Assembly (NCBI GenBank): GCA_002687795.1
Contig: NZBG01000034.1
Location: 10,362 to 74,361, forward strand
Reading direction: 5' to 3'
Source of the DNA: Candidatus Woesearchaeota archaeon
GTDB taxonomy: Archaea > Nanobdellota > Nanobdellia > Woesearchaeales > GCA-2687795
Length of the DNA: 64,000 nucleotides
The notes under the pieces were generated by a model. That model was not told where the DNA came from. It did no database searches and worked only from the letters and a program-made list of their open reading frames with translations. Made by a program: the position numbers and the translations under genes. Every line of letters begins with the position of its first letter. The first letter of the stretch is position 1. Positions 1-9,607 of this stretch are shown one piece after another.

Positions 1-156
1 CCTGAAATAAGGACTCTCAACAATCTTTTTAACATGAGCATAGGGCCTTATCCTGCATCTTTTGATGGTAGAAATTATTCTCAGCCTTAACTCTTTGCTA
101 AGCTTCTTTAACTGCTTAAGAGATAAGTCGGAGAAGATAATTGAATACATATTCAT
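1..156 (-). CDS. relE: RelE/ParE-family toxin (5' part; runs off the window edge)
   Basis: Hand translation from ATG at 156: MNMYSIIFSDLSLKQLKKLSKELRLRIISTIKRCRIRPYAHVKKIVESPYFR, a typical RelE N-terminus. Its start overlaps the stop of the upstream acidic gene (ATGA). Confidence 0.8.
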   Translation of the reverse strand, partial: MNMYSIIFSDLSLKQLKKLSKELRLRIISTIKRCRIRPYAHVKKIVESPYFR

Positions 157-371
157 AGTTCAAGTTCTTTCTCTACCTTTTCAAGAGTATGAACCTTGCC
201 TCTTTTGAATTCATCTTCAGCCTGCTTTATGAGCGCTTTTGTTTCCTCAGACAATTCCATAGTATCTTCTAAAAGGTCCCAAAGTAGGTCTTCATAACTT
301 TCGTTGTCATACATCTTCCTATGCCTCAATACATCAAGCAGGCTGTTGCTAACTTGTATTGTAGTTGCCAT
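153..371 (-). CDS. Putative antitoxin (small acidic archaeal RelB-like protein)
   Basis: 72 aa, MATTIQVS...ESYEDLLWDLLED...GKVHTLEKV. Acidic and translationally coupled to the RelE-like gene. Confidence 0.75.
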   Translation of the reverse strand: MATTIQVSNSLLDVLRHRKMYDNESYEDLLWDLLEDTMELSEETKALIKQAEDEFKRGKVHTLEKVEKELEL

Positions 372-506
372 AGCAAGTATATAATTAGCTATAGTATTTA
401 AACTTTACTATTTCCCCACTGGACAACCCTTTCATTACTTAATTAACCAAACAAACCCAAAATTAAAGAAAGATTTTTAATACTATACCCTTTTCTCTAA
501 TGGAAA

Positions 507-3500
507 ATGGCTGAAGAAGATAAGGAAACAGAAGAAGATGAAAATATAGATATTGACTTCAGTAAGATTAAGAAATTCTTTAAAAATCTCTTCAAAGAAG
601 ACAAAGAGGAAGAGAAGAAAGAGCTTAAAAAGGAGATAAAAGAAGTAGATAAAGAAATAAAGGAAGATATCAAGGAGAAAAAGGGAGATATAAAGGAACT
701 AAAAGAGGAAGAAAATGAAATCAAGGAGATTAAAGAAGATATTAAGAAAGAACCTTCTGAAAAGGAATTAGAGAAAGCAAAAGAAGATATTAAGGAAATA
801 AAAGAAGAGGTTGAAAAAGAGGAAGAAGATGAAATCAACATTGACTTCTCAAAAATAAAGAACTGGTTCAAGAAAGCTTTTTCTGAGGATAAAGATAAGA
901 AAGATATTAAAGAAGAGAAAAAAACTGATGAAGAGGAAGAAGTATCGTTTGATATCAAAAGAGCAAAATCATTCTATGCTCAATATAAGCATTATATAAT
1001 CCCTATTTTATTCATATTAATTGCCGGCATTTTCTCTGTCTATTTAAGGATGATGCCTGATTCTCTCCCAATAACTGATGATTGGGCAAGGAACTCTGTT
1101 TATAGCGGTGTCAAGTCGCAAATCAAAGGTCAGATAGACCAGCAATATCCAAATCTGCCGGATGCCAACAAGAATGGTCTGGTTGAGGTTGAGTTCAATA
1201 AGCTGTTAAAGGCAGAAAGATCAGCTATAGAGCAACAGGTAAAAGGAACCTCCCAGTTCTTTAAATCAAACCTTAAAAACGAGAAAGGAACAACATATCT
1301 GCTGGCAATAGACCCTTATTATTGGTATAGGTATTCAAGGAATGTTATTGAAAAGGGAACAACAGCAGATACAACCAAAGATGGAATCCCATGGGATGAC
1401 CATATGCTTGCACCATTAGGAAGGCCTGCTGACAGCAATTTCCATATTTACTTTGAAGTGTTCTTGTATAAAGTCTTTTCAGCTTTTAACAAAGACCTTG
1501 ACTTAATGAAGGTTGCATTTTTTATTCCTGTTATAATATCCACATTATCAGTAATACCTGCCTTTTTCATTGCCAGAAGGATAGGAGGTAATTTAGGTGG
1601 CCTTATTGCAGCTATAATGGTTGCAATCCATCCGGCATTGTTAGGAAGGACAGCCGGCGGATTTGCTGATACTGATGCATACAATGTATTTTTTCCATTG
1701 GTTATAACCTGGTTAGCACTGGAAGCTTTCGAGTCAAAGAACTTAAGAAGCAAGATAATCCTTGCTTCTTTGTCAGGTTTCTTTGTTGGATTATTTTCAT
1801 TTTCCTGGATGGGCTGGTGGTATATCTTCGACTTTATCTTGATAGCCTTACTGTTTTACATTACATATTTCATAATTGTTCACAGAGAACACCTGAAGAA
1901 GGGCATTTCATATTTCATTTTCAACACACCGGTTAAGAATACACTGATATTATTAGTCACTTTCCTGTCTGTATCCTGTGTTTCTGTTACTTTGTTTACT
2001 GATTTCTGGACTTTCAGAACAGCGCCAACACAGCCATTTAACTTTGCGCAGATAAAAGTAGTAGGGGTCACAAAGATATGGCCGAATGTTATAACAACAG
2101 TAGCTGAGCAAAATGAGGCTTCTCTAAACAATGTTATTAACCAGATAGGAATAGGGAAAAGGCTTTTCTTCTTGATCAGCTTAATAGGAATAATATTATT
2201 ATTAGTGAGAAAACAAAGCAAGAGACCCAGTGACCTGTGGTTTATCTCCCTCGCAAGTTTATGGCATTTTATTATTCTTGCTTTTAAGCCCCAGGATCTC
2301 CATACATTTATTGTATTAATTTCCCTGCCCATAATAGCAAAGATACTGATAGCCTTAAAAGAAAAGGACACAAAAGCAGATATAAAGCTGGCTATAATAC
2401 TTATTATATGGTTTATAGCAACCATTTATGCAAGCACGAAAGGTATAAGATTTTTGTTATTGTTTGTGCCTGCCTTCAGCCTGGCATTTGGCATTGCATT
2501 GGGAATTATCTATGAATACTGTTCCAGCCTGATATCAAAAAGCCTGAACATACACCAAACCATTACAAAGGCGGCATTATTGCTCCTGATATTCTTTTTA
2601 TTCTTATTAAGCCCAATAAACGCTGCAAAGTCAACAGCCAGGAGCGAGATACCTTCTATGAACGATGCATGGTATTCTTCATTGGATAAAATAAGGCTTG
2701 AATCTGAGCCGGATGCTATTGTTAACTCATGGTGGGACTTTGGGCACTGGTTTAAGGCTATTACTGACAGGGCTGTCACATTTGACGGCACTACACAGGA
2801 TATGCCACAGGCGCACTGGATAGGCAACACTTTGCTAACCAGCAGCGAGGAAACTTCTGTTGGTATTCTAAGAATGCTTGATTGTGGGGCAACCAATGCC
2901 TTTGATGAACTTGATAAGGTTATCAATGATGGTGCTAAATCAGTTGATATTTTATACGAAATTATTGTTGAAAAGGAAACAAAGGCAAAAGATACACTCA
3001 CTAATAATTATAGTCTTACAGAAGAACAGGCAGCCAAGGTGCTTGAAAACACTCACTGCGACCCACCGGAGAACTACTATATAACATCCGAAGATATGGT
3101 AGGAAAAAGCGGTGTCTGGGCCCATTTTGGCTCATGGGACTTTGACAGGGCTACTATTTATAATACGCTTATTAAAAAGGATTATAAGAAGGATAAAGAA
3201 AAAAGCGTTCAGTTTTTAATTGAAAGATTCAATTATACAAGAGAAAAGGCTGAGAATATATACTATGACGTAAACTCTCTCTCTTCAAACAGGGCTGTTA
3301 ACGACTGGATAGCCCCATGGCCATCTTATATGTCAGGATCAAGCAGTTGTCCAAGACTAAACAATGAAACATTATCCTGCTCGTTCGGCCAGGGAAATGT
3401 TATAATTAATTTAACTAATTACGATGCTTTCATACCCACACCTACCGGCACCAAATATCCCAATTCTATTGTTTATCCATCAGAAGATGGTATCCACGAA

Positions 3501-3968
3501 AAGAGGTTCTATAATAATACTCTTGGGTTTAGCATGGCTCTGATACCTGATAAGAACGGAAACTATCAGAATGTTGTATCAAGCCAAGAGATAGCATCAA
3601 GCATGTTTAATATATTGTTTTATATGGAAGGCCATGGCTTAAGGTATTTCAAGAAGTTCTCTGACCAAAGCAGCGTATTTGGAAACAGGATTATTGTATG
3701 GAAGGTTGACTGGGAGGGCTCTGAGATGAACAAATTAGATTATTTTAAGGCAAAGGAGGCTGTTAACCAGACAACCGATCAAACAGATATAAATATAACA
3801 GAAGAAGATACAGATTTCTTAATAAAGAATATTTCTGGAAATGATTCAGAAGCTGCAGAAACAATAAATGAAACTGATGTAACCTCAAACGCCTCTGAAC
3901 AAGCCGAGGATAATCAGACAACAGCTGAAACGGAAAAGCTATCTCCTCCCAGAGTATCAATAGAATAA
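507..3968 (+). CDS. aglB: Archaeal oligosaccharyltransferase AglB (STT3 family)
   Basis: Motifs DPYYWYR, GFADTD, TVAE (TIXE-like), SWWDFGHW (WWDxG) and DMVGK (DK motif). Multi-TM region plus a C-terminal globular domain. Confidence 0.95.
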   Translation: MAEEDKETEEDENIDIDFSKIKKFFKNLFKEDKEEEKKELKKEIKEVDKEIKEDIKEKKGDIKELKEEENEIKEIKEDIKKEPSEKELEKAKEDIKEIKEEVEKEEEDEINIDFSKIKNWFKKAFSEDKDKKDIKEEKKTDEEEEVSFDIKRAKSFYAQYKHYIIPILFILIAGIFSVYLRMMPDSLPITDDWARNSVYSGVKSQIKGQIDQQYPNLPDANKNGLVEVEFNKLLKAERSAIEQQVKGTSQFFKSNLKNEKGTTYLLAIDPYYWYRYSRNVIEKGTTADTTKDGIPWDDHMLAPLGRPADSNFHIYFEVFLYKVFSAFNKDLDLMKVAFFIPVIISTLSVIPAFFIARRIGGNLGGLIAAIMVAIHPALLGRTAGGFADTDAYNVFFPLVITWLALEAFESKNLRSKIILASLSGFFVGLFSFSWMGWWYIFDFILIALLFYITYFIIVHREHLKKGISYFIFNTPVKNTLILLVTFLSVSCVSVTLFTDFWTFRTAPTQPFNFAQIKVVGVTKIWPNVITTVAEQNEASLNNVINQIGIGKRLFFLISLIGIILLLVRKQSKRPSDLWFISLASLWHFIILAFKPQDLHTFIVLISLPIIAKILIALKEKDTKADIKLAIILIIWFIATIYASTKGIRFLLLFVPAFSLAFGIALGIIYEYCSSLISKSLNIHQTITKAALLLLIFFLFLLSPINAAKSTARSEIPSMNDAWYSSLDKIRLESEPDAIVNSWWDFGHWFKAITDRAVTFDGTTQDMPQAHWIGNTLLTSSEETSVGILRMLDCGATNAFDELDKVINDGAKSVDILYEIIVEKETKAKDTLTNNYSLTEEQAAKVLENTHCDPPENYYITSEDMVGKSGVWAHFGSWDFDRATIYNTLIKKDYKKDKEKSVQFLIERFNYTREKAENIYYDVNSLSSNRAVNDWIAPWPSYMSGSSSCPRLNNETLSCSFGQGNVIINLTNYDAFIPTPTGTKYPNSIVYPSEDGIHEKRFYNNTLGFSMALIPDKNGNYQNVVSSQEIASSMFNILFYMEGHGLRYFKKFSDQSSVFGNRIIVWKVDWEGSEMNKLDYFKAKEAVNQTTDQTDINITEEDTDFLIKNISGNDSEAAETINETDVTSNASEQAEDNQTTAETEKLSPPRVSIE

Positions 3969-4003
3969 GACTTTTATATTATTAACTCTTTTTCTCTGAT
4001 ATT

Positions 4004-5131
4004 ATGCTAAATTATCAAATAAATCCTAAATTTAAGCCATTTATTTTAATAGCAGATATGCTGGGTTATGCATTAATTCATCCTATTTTAAGCCTGAAGC
4101 GCTTTAACAAAGCCAAAATAAAGAGAATATTGGTTATAAGGATAGATGAGATAGGGGATGTTATACTGGCAACTCCTGTTTTCAGGGCTCTGAAAGAGGA
4201 GTTTCCTGGCTGTAAGGTTGATGTGTTGGTTAAGAAAGGGACAAAAGAAGTGTTAGAGCATAATCCTAATGTTGATAATACTATAATCTGTGAAAAAGAC
4301 TGGCTGAGGAATAAGCTGGACATAGCCTATTTTCTTTCCCTTGCAAAAAAGCTAAAGGGAAAATATGATTTAATGATAGAGCTGCATACATCCCCTGTAA
4401 ATATATTGCTTGCATTCTTTATTGGAGGTTATAAGATAGGCTATGCATTCAGGGGGCTTGGATTCCTTTCGAATAAAACCAGGTTCTTAGCTAAAAAAGA
4501 GCATATTATTGACAGAAACCTGGATTTGTTAAAACTAATTAATATTAACCATAAAAGCAGAAAAATGGACGTATTCTTTTCAAAGAAAGAAGAAGTCTAT
4601 GTTAATGCTTTACTCAAAAAACACAAACTAACAGGAAAGAAACTAATCTGCATCAACCCCGGAACATTAAGAGCCAATAAACTATGGCAAAACAACAAAT
4701 GGGCAGAGCTTTCTGATACTTTAATGGAGAAGTATAATGCTTATATTTTGTTTACCGGCTCTTCCAATGAAAAGCCTTTGGTTAATGATATTATTAGCAT
4801 GGTTAAGAATAAGAACAAAGCTGTTAATTTAGCTGGAGAAACAGGTTTGCTGCAGTTAGCTGCATTGATTAAAAGATGCAGGCTGTTTATTGGAACTGAT
4901 TCTGGCCCTTTGCATATAGCAAGGGCAGTGGAAACGCCTTTGATTGGCTTATATGGGCCGACCAATCCTTTTATTTGGGGCTATAATGAGGATAAGTATA
5001 AGTCTGTATACAAAAAGCTGGACTGCTCTTTCTGCAATCAGGAAGGTTGTAAAAGGAGAAAAGAAAAAGAGCTTTGTCTTAGGTCTATTAAGGTAGAGGA
5101 CGTAGTAAAAGAAGTTAAAAGGCTTTTTTGA
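4004..5131 (+). CDS. Glycosyltransferase family 9 (heptosyltransferase-like)
   Basis: RIDEIGDVIL, INPG...KLW, DSGPLHIA, LYGPT and a C-terminal Cys cluster (CSFC...C...C). Confidence 0.88.
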   Translation: MLNYQINPKFKPFILIADMLGYALIHPILSLKRFNKAKIKRILVIRIDEIGDVILATPVFRALKEEFPGCKVDVLVKKGTKEVLEHNPNVDNTIICEKDWLRNKLDIAYFLSLAKKLKGKYDLMIELHTSPVNILLAFFIGGYKIGYAFRGLGFLSNKTRFLAKKEHIIDRNLDLLKLININHKSRKMDVFFSKKEEVYVNALLKKHKLTGKKLICINPGTLRANKLWQNNKWAELSDTLMEKYNAYILFTGSSNEKPLVNDIISMVKNKNKAVNLAGETGLLQLAALIKRCRLFIGTDSGPLHIARAVETPLIGLYGPTNPFIWGYNEDKYKSVYKKLDCSFCNQEGCKRRKEKELCLRSIKVEDVVKEVKRLF

Positions 5132-6289
5132 TTACTTCCTCTCTTTCTTCTTCGTGTAAGCAAAGTAACCAACTAATCCAATAAGAACGATCGCTGCTGC
5201 AACCAGCCAGCCATACTTTGGTTTTGGTGGAGGAACTATATCTTCTTTATCCTCTTCTTCTTCTGGTGGCTTAGCCTCTTCTGGTGGAGCTGCTACTACT
5301 TCTTCACCGCCAGCAATAGTATAAGACTTTATAGAACTCAGTTTTTTCTTGACTGTATAACTTAAATCAAGGGATTTGCCTTTCTTTAAAGAATCAATAG
5401 TCCATTGGACAACAGGATCTTTCTGCAATACCTCAGGGGTTTCTCCTGTAAATGCCAAATCATCAGTTGATTTTGCAACAGTTTTTGGTATTATCTCAAC
5501 AACCTTTATCTTTTTCATATCTTTAGGAGCTGTAACAACCAATGTAATCTGTGTCCTGTATACATAATCACCTGTATCCAGATTTTCTATATTATAAACA
5601 GTTAAGGTTCTTGTAACCCCTGCCTTAGCCTTTTCTCCGGATTCAAACCCTGCCTTTAATTCCTGTAAAACTGATATTGCTTTTGTGCTAGTAACATGCT
5701 CTATTGCCTCTTCTATTCCTGCTGGGGTGTTCTTCCCAAAGGTTTCAGTTGAAGCATCCCCTACCCGAGAATATTTAAGATTATCATCTTCCCAGCCCTC
5801 TGGCAGTGATTTTTCTAATCTGTTAATAATATAGGAATCCGATGCAATCTCTGTTAAGGTTTCTGTTGTAGCAGCTGAGCCACCGCCAGCACCTCCTGTT
5901 GAGCCTGCTGCTGCAGCTGCTGCAGCTGAATAGCTTAGATTGAGTTGTGTGATACCTCCTGGCGTAAAAGCAGAGCTTCCTGAATCAGTTCCGCTAGCTA
6001 TAAATGTAATAGTTGCACCTGAAGTACAGACACTTTCGCCAGCAGCGCATACAAACAACTTTTCATCACTCGCGCCTGCACCTCCATAAACTCCATCATG
6101 CGTAGTTGTTATACTGCCAACAGTAGTACCGCCTATGTTAGCTGTTATCGTTAACCCAGCAGATGCGCCTGTTATTGTGCCAAAATATGCCTCTGGGAAA
6201 GCTGGAAGACTTTCTCCATAAGCAATTCCTATTAAAGAAAAAAAAACCATTATTAAAATTATTGCTTTATTCATCTTTGTGTTGCCCAT
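5132..6289 (-). CDS. Secreted, C-terminally membrane-anchored surface protein (start may be ATG 6274)
   Basis: Signal peptide, Ala/Gly linker (AAAAAAAGSTGGAGGG), Pro/Glu linker, C-terminal TM helix (YGWLVAAAIVLIGLVGYFAY) and basic tail. Confidence 0.8.
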   Translation of the reverse strand: MGNTKMNKAIILIMVFFSLIGIAYGESLPAFPEAYFGTITGASAGLTITANIGGTTVGSITTTHDGVYGGAGASDEKLFVCAAGESVCTSGATITFIASGTDSGSSAFTPGGITQLNLSYSAAAAAAAGSTGGAGGGSAATTETLTEIASDSYIINRLEKSLPEGWEDDNLKYSRVGDASTETFGKNTPAGIEEAIEHVTSTKAISVLQELKAGFESGEKAKAGVTRTLTVYNIENLDTGDYVYRTQITLVVTAPKDMKKIKVVEIIPKTVAKSTDDLAFTGETPEVLQKDPVVQWTIDSLKKGKSLDLSYTVKKKLSSIKSYTIAGGEEVVAAPPEEAKPPEEEEDKEDIVPPPKPKYGWLVAAAIVLIGLVGYFAYTKKKERK

Positions 6290-6330
6290 TTTTTTAATAA
6301 TCTTAAAAATAAATTAAAAAAAGAAATAAA

Positions 6331-9300
6331 TTAAATCAGGTTCTTGTCAGCGTACCCGTTGAAGGTGTAGTATGAGCTGTCAGCTTTGTTATTTGCCCAA
6401 ATCCAGTATGCGTTGTAAGGTATGAGCTTGTCTGATACTATCGCTGCTGCTGTTCCTATATCTTCTAGGGTATCTGCATATGTAATCAAACCAACTTCGC
6501 TGCCATCTCCTGAGCCTCCTATAGAGTTCAGGAATTTACCTGTTGCTCTCTGGTCAGCTGATGCTGCATCATCTAAGTAGCCATTCACTCCTATCAATGA
6601 ATATGCTCCATCATCCACTTTTACGCTCGTTGTATACTGGCTCCAGCTATCCGGCTCTGGAGAACCCATCAAATCTGTTTGGATAGGCACATCAATTGTG
6701 TTGTTTTTTGTTACACCTGTAATCTTTACCAAATAACCCCTTAATGGTATGAAGTCATTTGATGTGCTTGTTGCTGTTATCCATGCTGTTCCATTATATG
6801 TGTAAACAACTGATATTTGGCCACTATCATTCAAGGCTTTCCAGGTAGGTGTTGAGTTTACATCATGCGGAAGACTAAATCCATTCCATAATATCTCTCC
6901 GTTATTGTCCGCAGTCCATACCATTGCATGGTCATAGATATCTAATGGACCTGACCTATTTGATATTGGATTGCCTGCTGGATCGGTTATTGAGGTTGAC
7001 CCATTCGCTAGTATTATTCCCTGTACTTTTCCACTGCCGTTAAAGATGCCTCTTAACCAGATAGTCATATTGCTACTAATCGCGAAATTCATCTTATTGT
7101 GTTGGGTTTGGTCTCTTAGCCATACAGCTCCTTGATCTGCTGTATCATTGCCATCGAATGAGCCGCTTGTATTACTCCCGTTTGTTAGGTAAATAAGGTT
7201 GCTAATATTAGTAGTAGTATTACTATTAACATAATCAGTAGTAACATTTTCACTAAACTTCAATATTAAAAAGTTTTGTCCTCCTTGTCCTCCTTGCTCT
7301 CCTGTGCTTTCATTGTAATCAAAACCAGTGTCATTATACCATACCATTAACAATGTTGGCAGTGTTGTGTCTATTGTGAAGTTATTCGAGATATTTGCAG
7401 CCATTGCATTATAACCAATATCCCTTGCTCCGCTTACATTAATAATAGTCAATCCATCCATAACATCAGTTTTAAATGCGTGGTCTATGAGATACGAGCC
7501 ATTCCAGACAGTCTCGTTTTCCCATTTTCCCAGTACCACAATGGTGGTTGTGTTGTCAATTGGGTGCAGTGTTACATTGATAGTGCTTGTGTTTGACCAG
7601 TCCATGTATTCATTAAAGGTTACAGTGAATGTAACATTTCCTGCTTTTGTTGGCGTGGTATCATTTAATGAAATCGCTGTAAATACATTTGGCGTTACTA
7701 CATCTGGTGTATAAGTGCTGCTGTTGAGCCAGCCTAATGCTGTTGTGTTCGATAATTGGGTCATATTATTTCCTGCCAGATCACCGAAAGTCAGGTTATG
7801 AGTCCATACATACAAAGTATCTGTCCTCCATGATGAGAGATTAGCATTCTGTTCTCCTGTAAGGTTAATCTGGATAGTGGTTGTATTCTCCATTACATTT
7901 ACTAAAGCACCTCCTAAAGATATCTTTTTCACACTGGTGTTTGATGAGTTACTTTCATTTGCTATAAACACATTTATAAGGAATGTGTCTGTTGCCGATC
8001 TGTTTGGATACATTTTCTCGCTAAAGGTAAAATTAATGGTCCTTGTTGCATGGTCATAGGCAGCGCTTGTAAGATCTGGCCTTGTTATATCTAGTTCAAA
8101 TTCATTCAGGCTCTGGTTTACAACCGCGTTAATCATGTTATCAGAGGTATCATTGAATGCTCCTTCCAATAAGCTTATATTTAATGTTGGTGAGCTAGCA
8201 TTCATGGTCCAGCCAAGTATCGTGTCCCTATGGGCTGTTGATAAAGTTATATTAGAATAGTTAAATGCCTGGTTGTAGGTTACTGACTCGTTCTGTGCAT
8301 TTAAGACAAGATAATCCGTGGTTCCTGCTACTGAGTTATTCATAACCAAATGTATTCCCTCAAGGAAAGTTGCTTCCACTGGCTCATCAAACCTTAATAT
8401 TAAGTACCTGTTGCTGTAATTATAGCTTAGGTTAAAGGTTCTGAGGGTTGGCTTTATGCCGTCTGTTGGGGTTACACTGCCAACACCAGTAGTATTACCA
8501 TAAGCAATGTTCCCAGCATAATCTGAGATATTATGCACTGCATCTGTGGAATTTAGGTAAACAGTTGGTGTTCCATTTGCGCCAATCAGGTTATGGAATA
8601 TCAAAGTAGTGTTTGTGCTGTTCTGTGTAAGCAATGCTGCCGCTGTATAATTAACTCCTCCATAAGTCATATAGAAAGATTTTACAGTCAAAGAATCCAT
8701 CCATATTACCTCACTGAATGTGATATTAATGCTTGTGTTTGTGCTTGCGCCTGCTATGCCTGTGCCGTTTGTAACAGCTGTTGAAAACGTAGGCAGTGTG
8801 TTATCAATTGAAATATTGAAGTCCAAGTTAAATGCTGTGTATGTTTCATAAGTGTCATTATACCCAGCTATTATAGTAAAGTTATGAAATCCATCTAAGT
8901 TATTATTTTGGCCGATTGTAACATTAAACGCAAACCATGTGGTTGTATTAGTGCAAGTGCCAGCCGCAGTACCGTTTGTTATGAATGGGGCTGCGCTTCT
9001 GTTCCAGCTAAGCACATGCTGCTCATTAGAGATATTAGTGAAATTAAAATCCACGGGATTGGCTGCATATACGCCATCTGAGAATCCTGACCAGTTTCCA
9101 TAGCCCCATAAGAACCCGCTATCCATTGTTATATTAATACTTGTGATATTATAGGTTTCGTTAAGATTTATAAGTGTAAAATTGAAGAAGTATGTCCCAT
9201 TATTTAAGTAGTATACCCCATCTAAAGGTCTTATTGTAATATTAAACGGGTAATTAGGTCCCAGGTATCCTCCGGTTTCGTTATCCACCATAACCACATC

Positions 9301-9402
9301 AAGGGTGACATTAATCCCCTCGATCGCACCTTCAGAAACTTCAGAAACTCCAGCCATTACTAATAAACCAACCATAATTAAGAATATGTTTTTATACCTC
9401 AT
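6331..9402 (-). CDS. Large secreted S-layer-like glycoprotein with Ig-like repeats
   Basis: Signal peptide, Asn/Thr-rich, about 75 N-X-S/T sequons by hand count, recurrent TF[SND]E...D.AGN motifs typical of Ig-like repeats. GGAGG RBS upstream. Confidence 0.8.
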   Translation of the reverse strand: MRYKNIFLIMVGLLVMAGVSEVSEGAIEGINVTLDVVMVDNETGGYLGPNYPFNITIRPLDGVYYLNNGTYFFNFTLINLNETYNITSINITMDSGFLWGYGNWSGFSDGVYAANPVDFNFTNISNEQHVLSWNRSAAPFITNGTAAGTCTNTTTWFAFNVTIGQNNNLDGFHNFTIIAGYNDTYETYTAFNLDFNISIDNTLPTFSTAVTNGTGIAGASTNTSINITFSEVIWMDSLTVKSFYMTYGGVNYTAAALLTQNSTNTTLIFHNLIGANGTPTVYLNSTDAVHNISDYAGNIAYGNTTGVGSVTPTDGIKPTLRTFNLSYNYSNRYLILRFDEPVEATFLEGIHLVMNNSVAGTTDYLVLNAQNESVTYNQAFNYSNITLSTAHRDTILGWTMNASSPTLNISLLEGAFNDTSDNMINAVVNQSLNEFELDITRPDLTSAAYDHATRTINFTFSEKMYPNRSATDTFLINVFIANESNSSNTSVKKISLGGALVNVMENTTTIQINLTGEQNANLSSWRTDTLYVWTHNLTFGDLAGNNMTQLSNTTALGWLNSSTYTPDVVTPNVFTAISLNDTTPTKAGNVTFTVTFNEYMDWSNTSTINVTLHPIDNTTTIVVLGKWENETVWNGSYLIDHAFKTDVMDGLTIINVSGARDIGYNAMAANISNNFTIDTTLPTLLMVWYNDTGFDYNESTGEQGGQGGQNFLILKFSENVTTDYVNSNTTTNISNLIYLTNGSNTSGSFDGNDTADQGAVWLRDQTQHNKMNFAISSNMTIWLRGIFNGSGKVQGIILANGSTSITDPAGNPISNRSGPLDIYDHAMVWTADNNGEILWNGFSLPHDVNSTPTWKALNDSGQISVVYTYNGTAWITATSTSNDFIPLRGYLVKITGVTKNNTIDVPIQTDLMGSPEPDSWSQYTTSVKVDDGAYSLIGVNGYLDDAASADQRATGKFLNSIGGSGDGSEVGLITYADTLEDIGTAAAIVSDKLIPYNAYWIWANNKADSSYYTFNGYADKNLI

Positions 9403-9607
9403 TTTTATCTAAACCTCCTTTTGCATCCCTTTTTTTTGATAATTTATTAGAAGATAAAGAAACACTTTATCCCCTCTTTTTATTTTTTGATTTATATATT
9501 TGATTATATCATCTACTATTTTTGTTTTTATTACCTAACACGCATATATAAATGTTTCGTTTGCTCTCACATAAGCTTTATTAAATAGAATTAACTTCAC
9601 TTCCCTT

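Noticed and set aside
497-958. 153-aa Ser/Phe/Ile-rich ORF on the minus strand
   Set aside because: Antisense shadow of the Glu/Lys low-complexity N-terminus of AglB.
4004-5131. Bacterial LPS core locus
   Set aside because: AglB, COG1665 proteins, the S-layer-like glycoprotein and the absence of lipid A/Kdo genes point to an archaeal N-glycosylation locus.
9453-9471. GATAAAG-N5-CTTTATC inverted repeat upstream of the S-layer-like gene
   Set aside because: Could be an operator, but a single 7-bp inverted repeat in AT-rich DNA is not distinguishable from chance.
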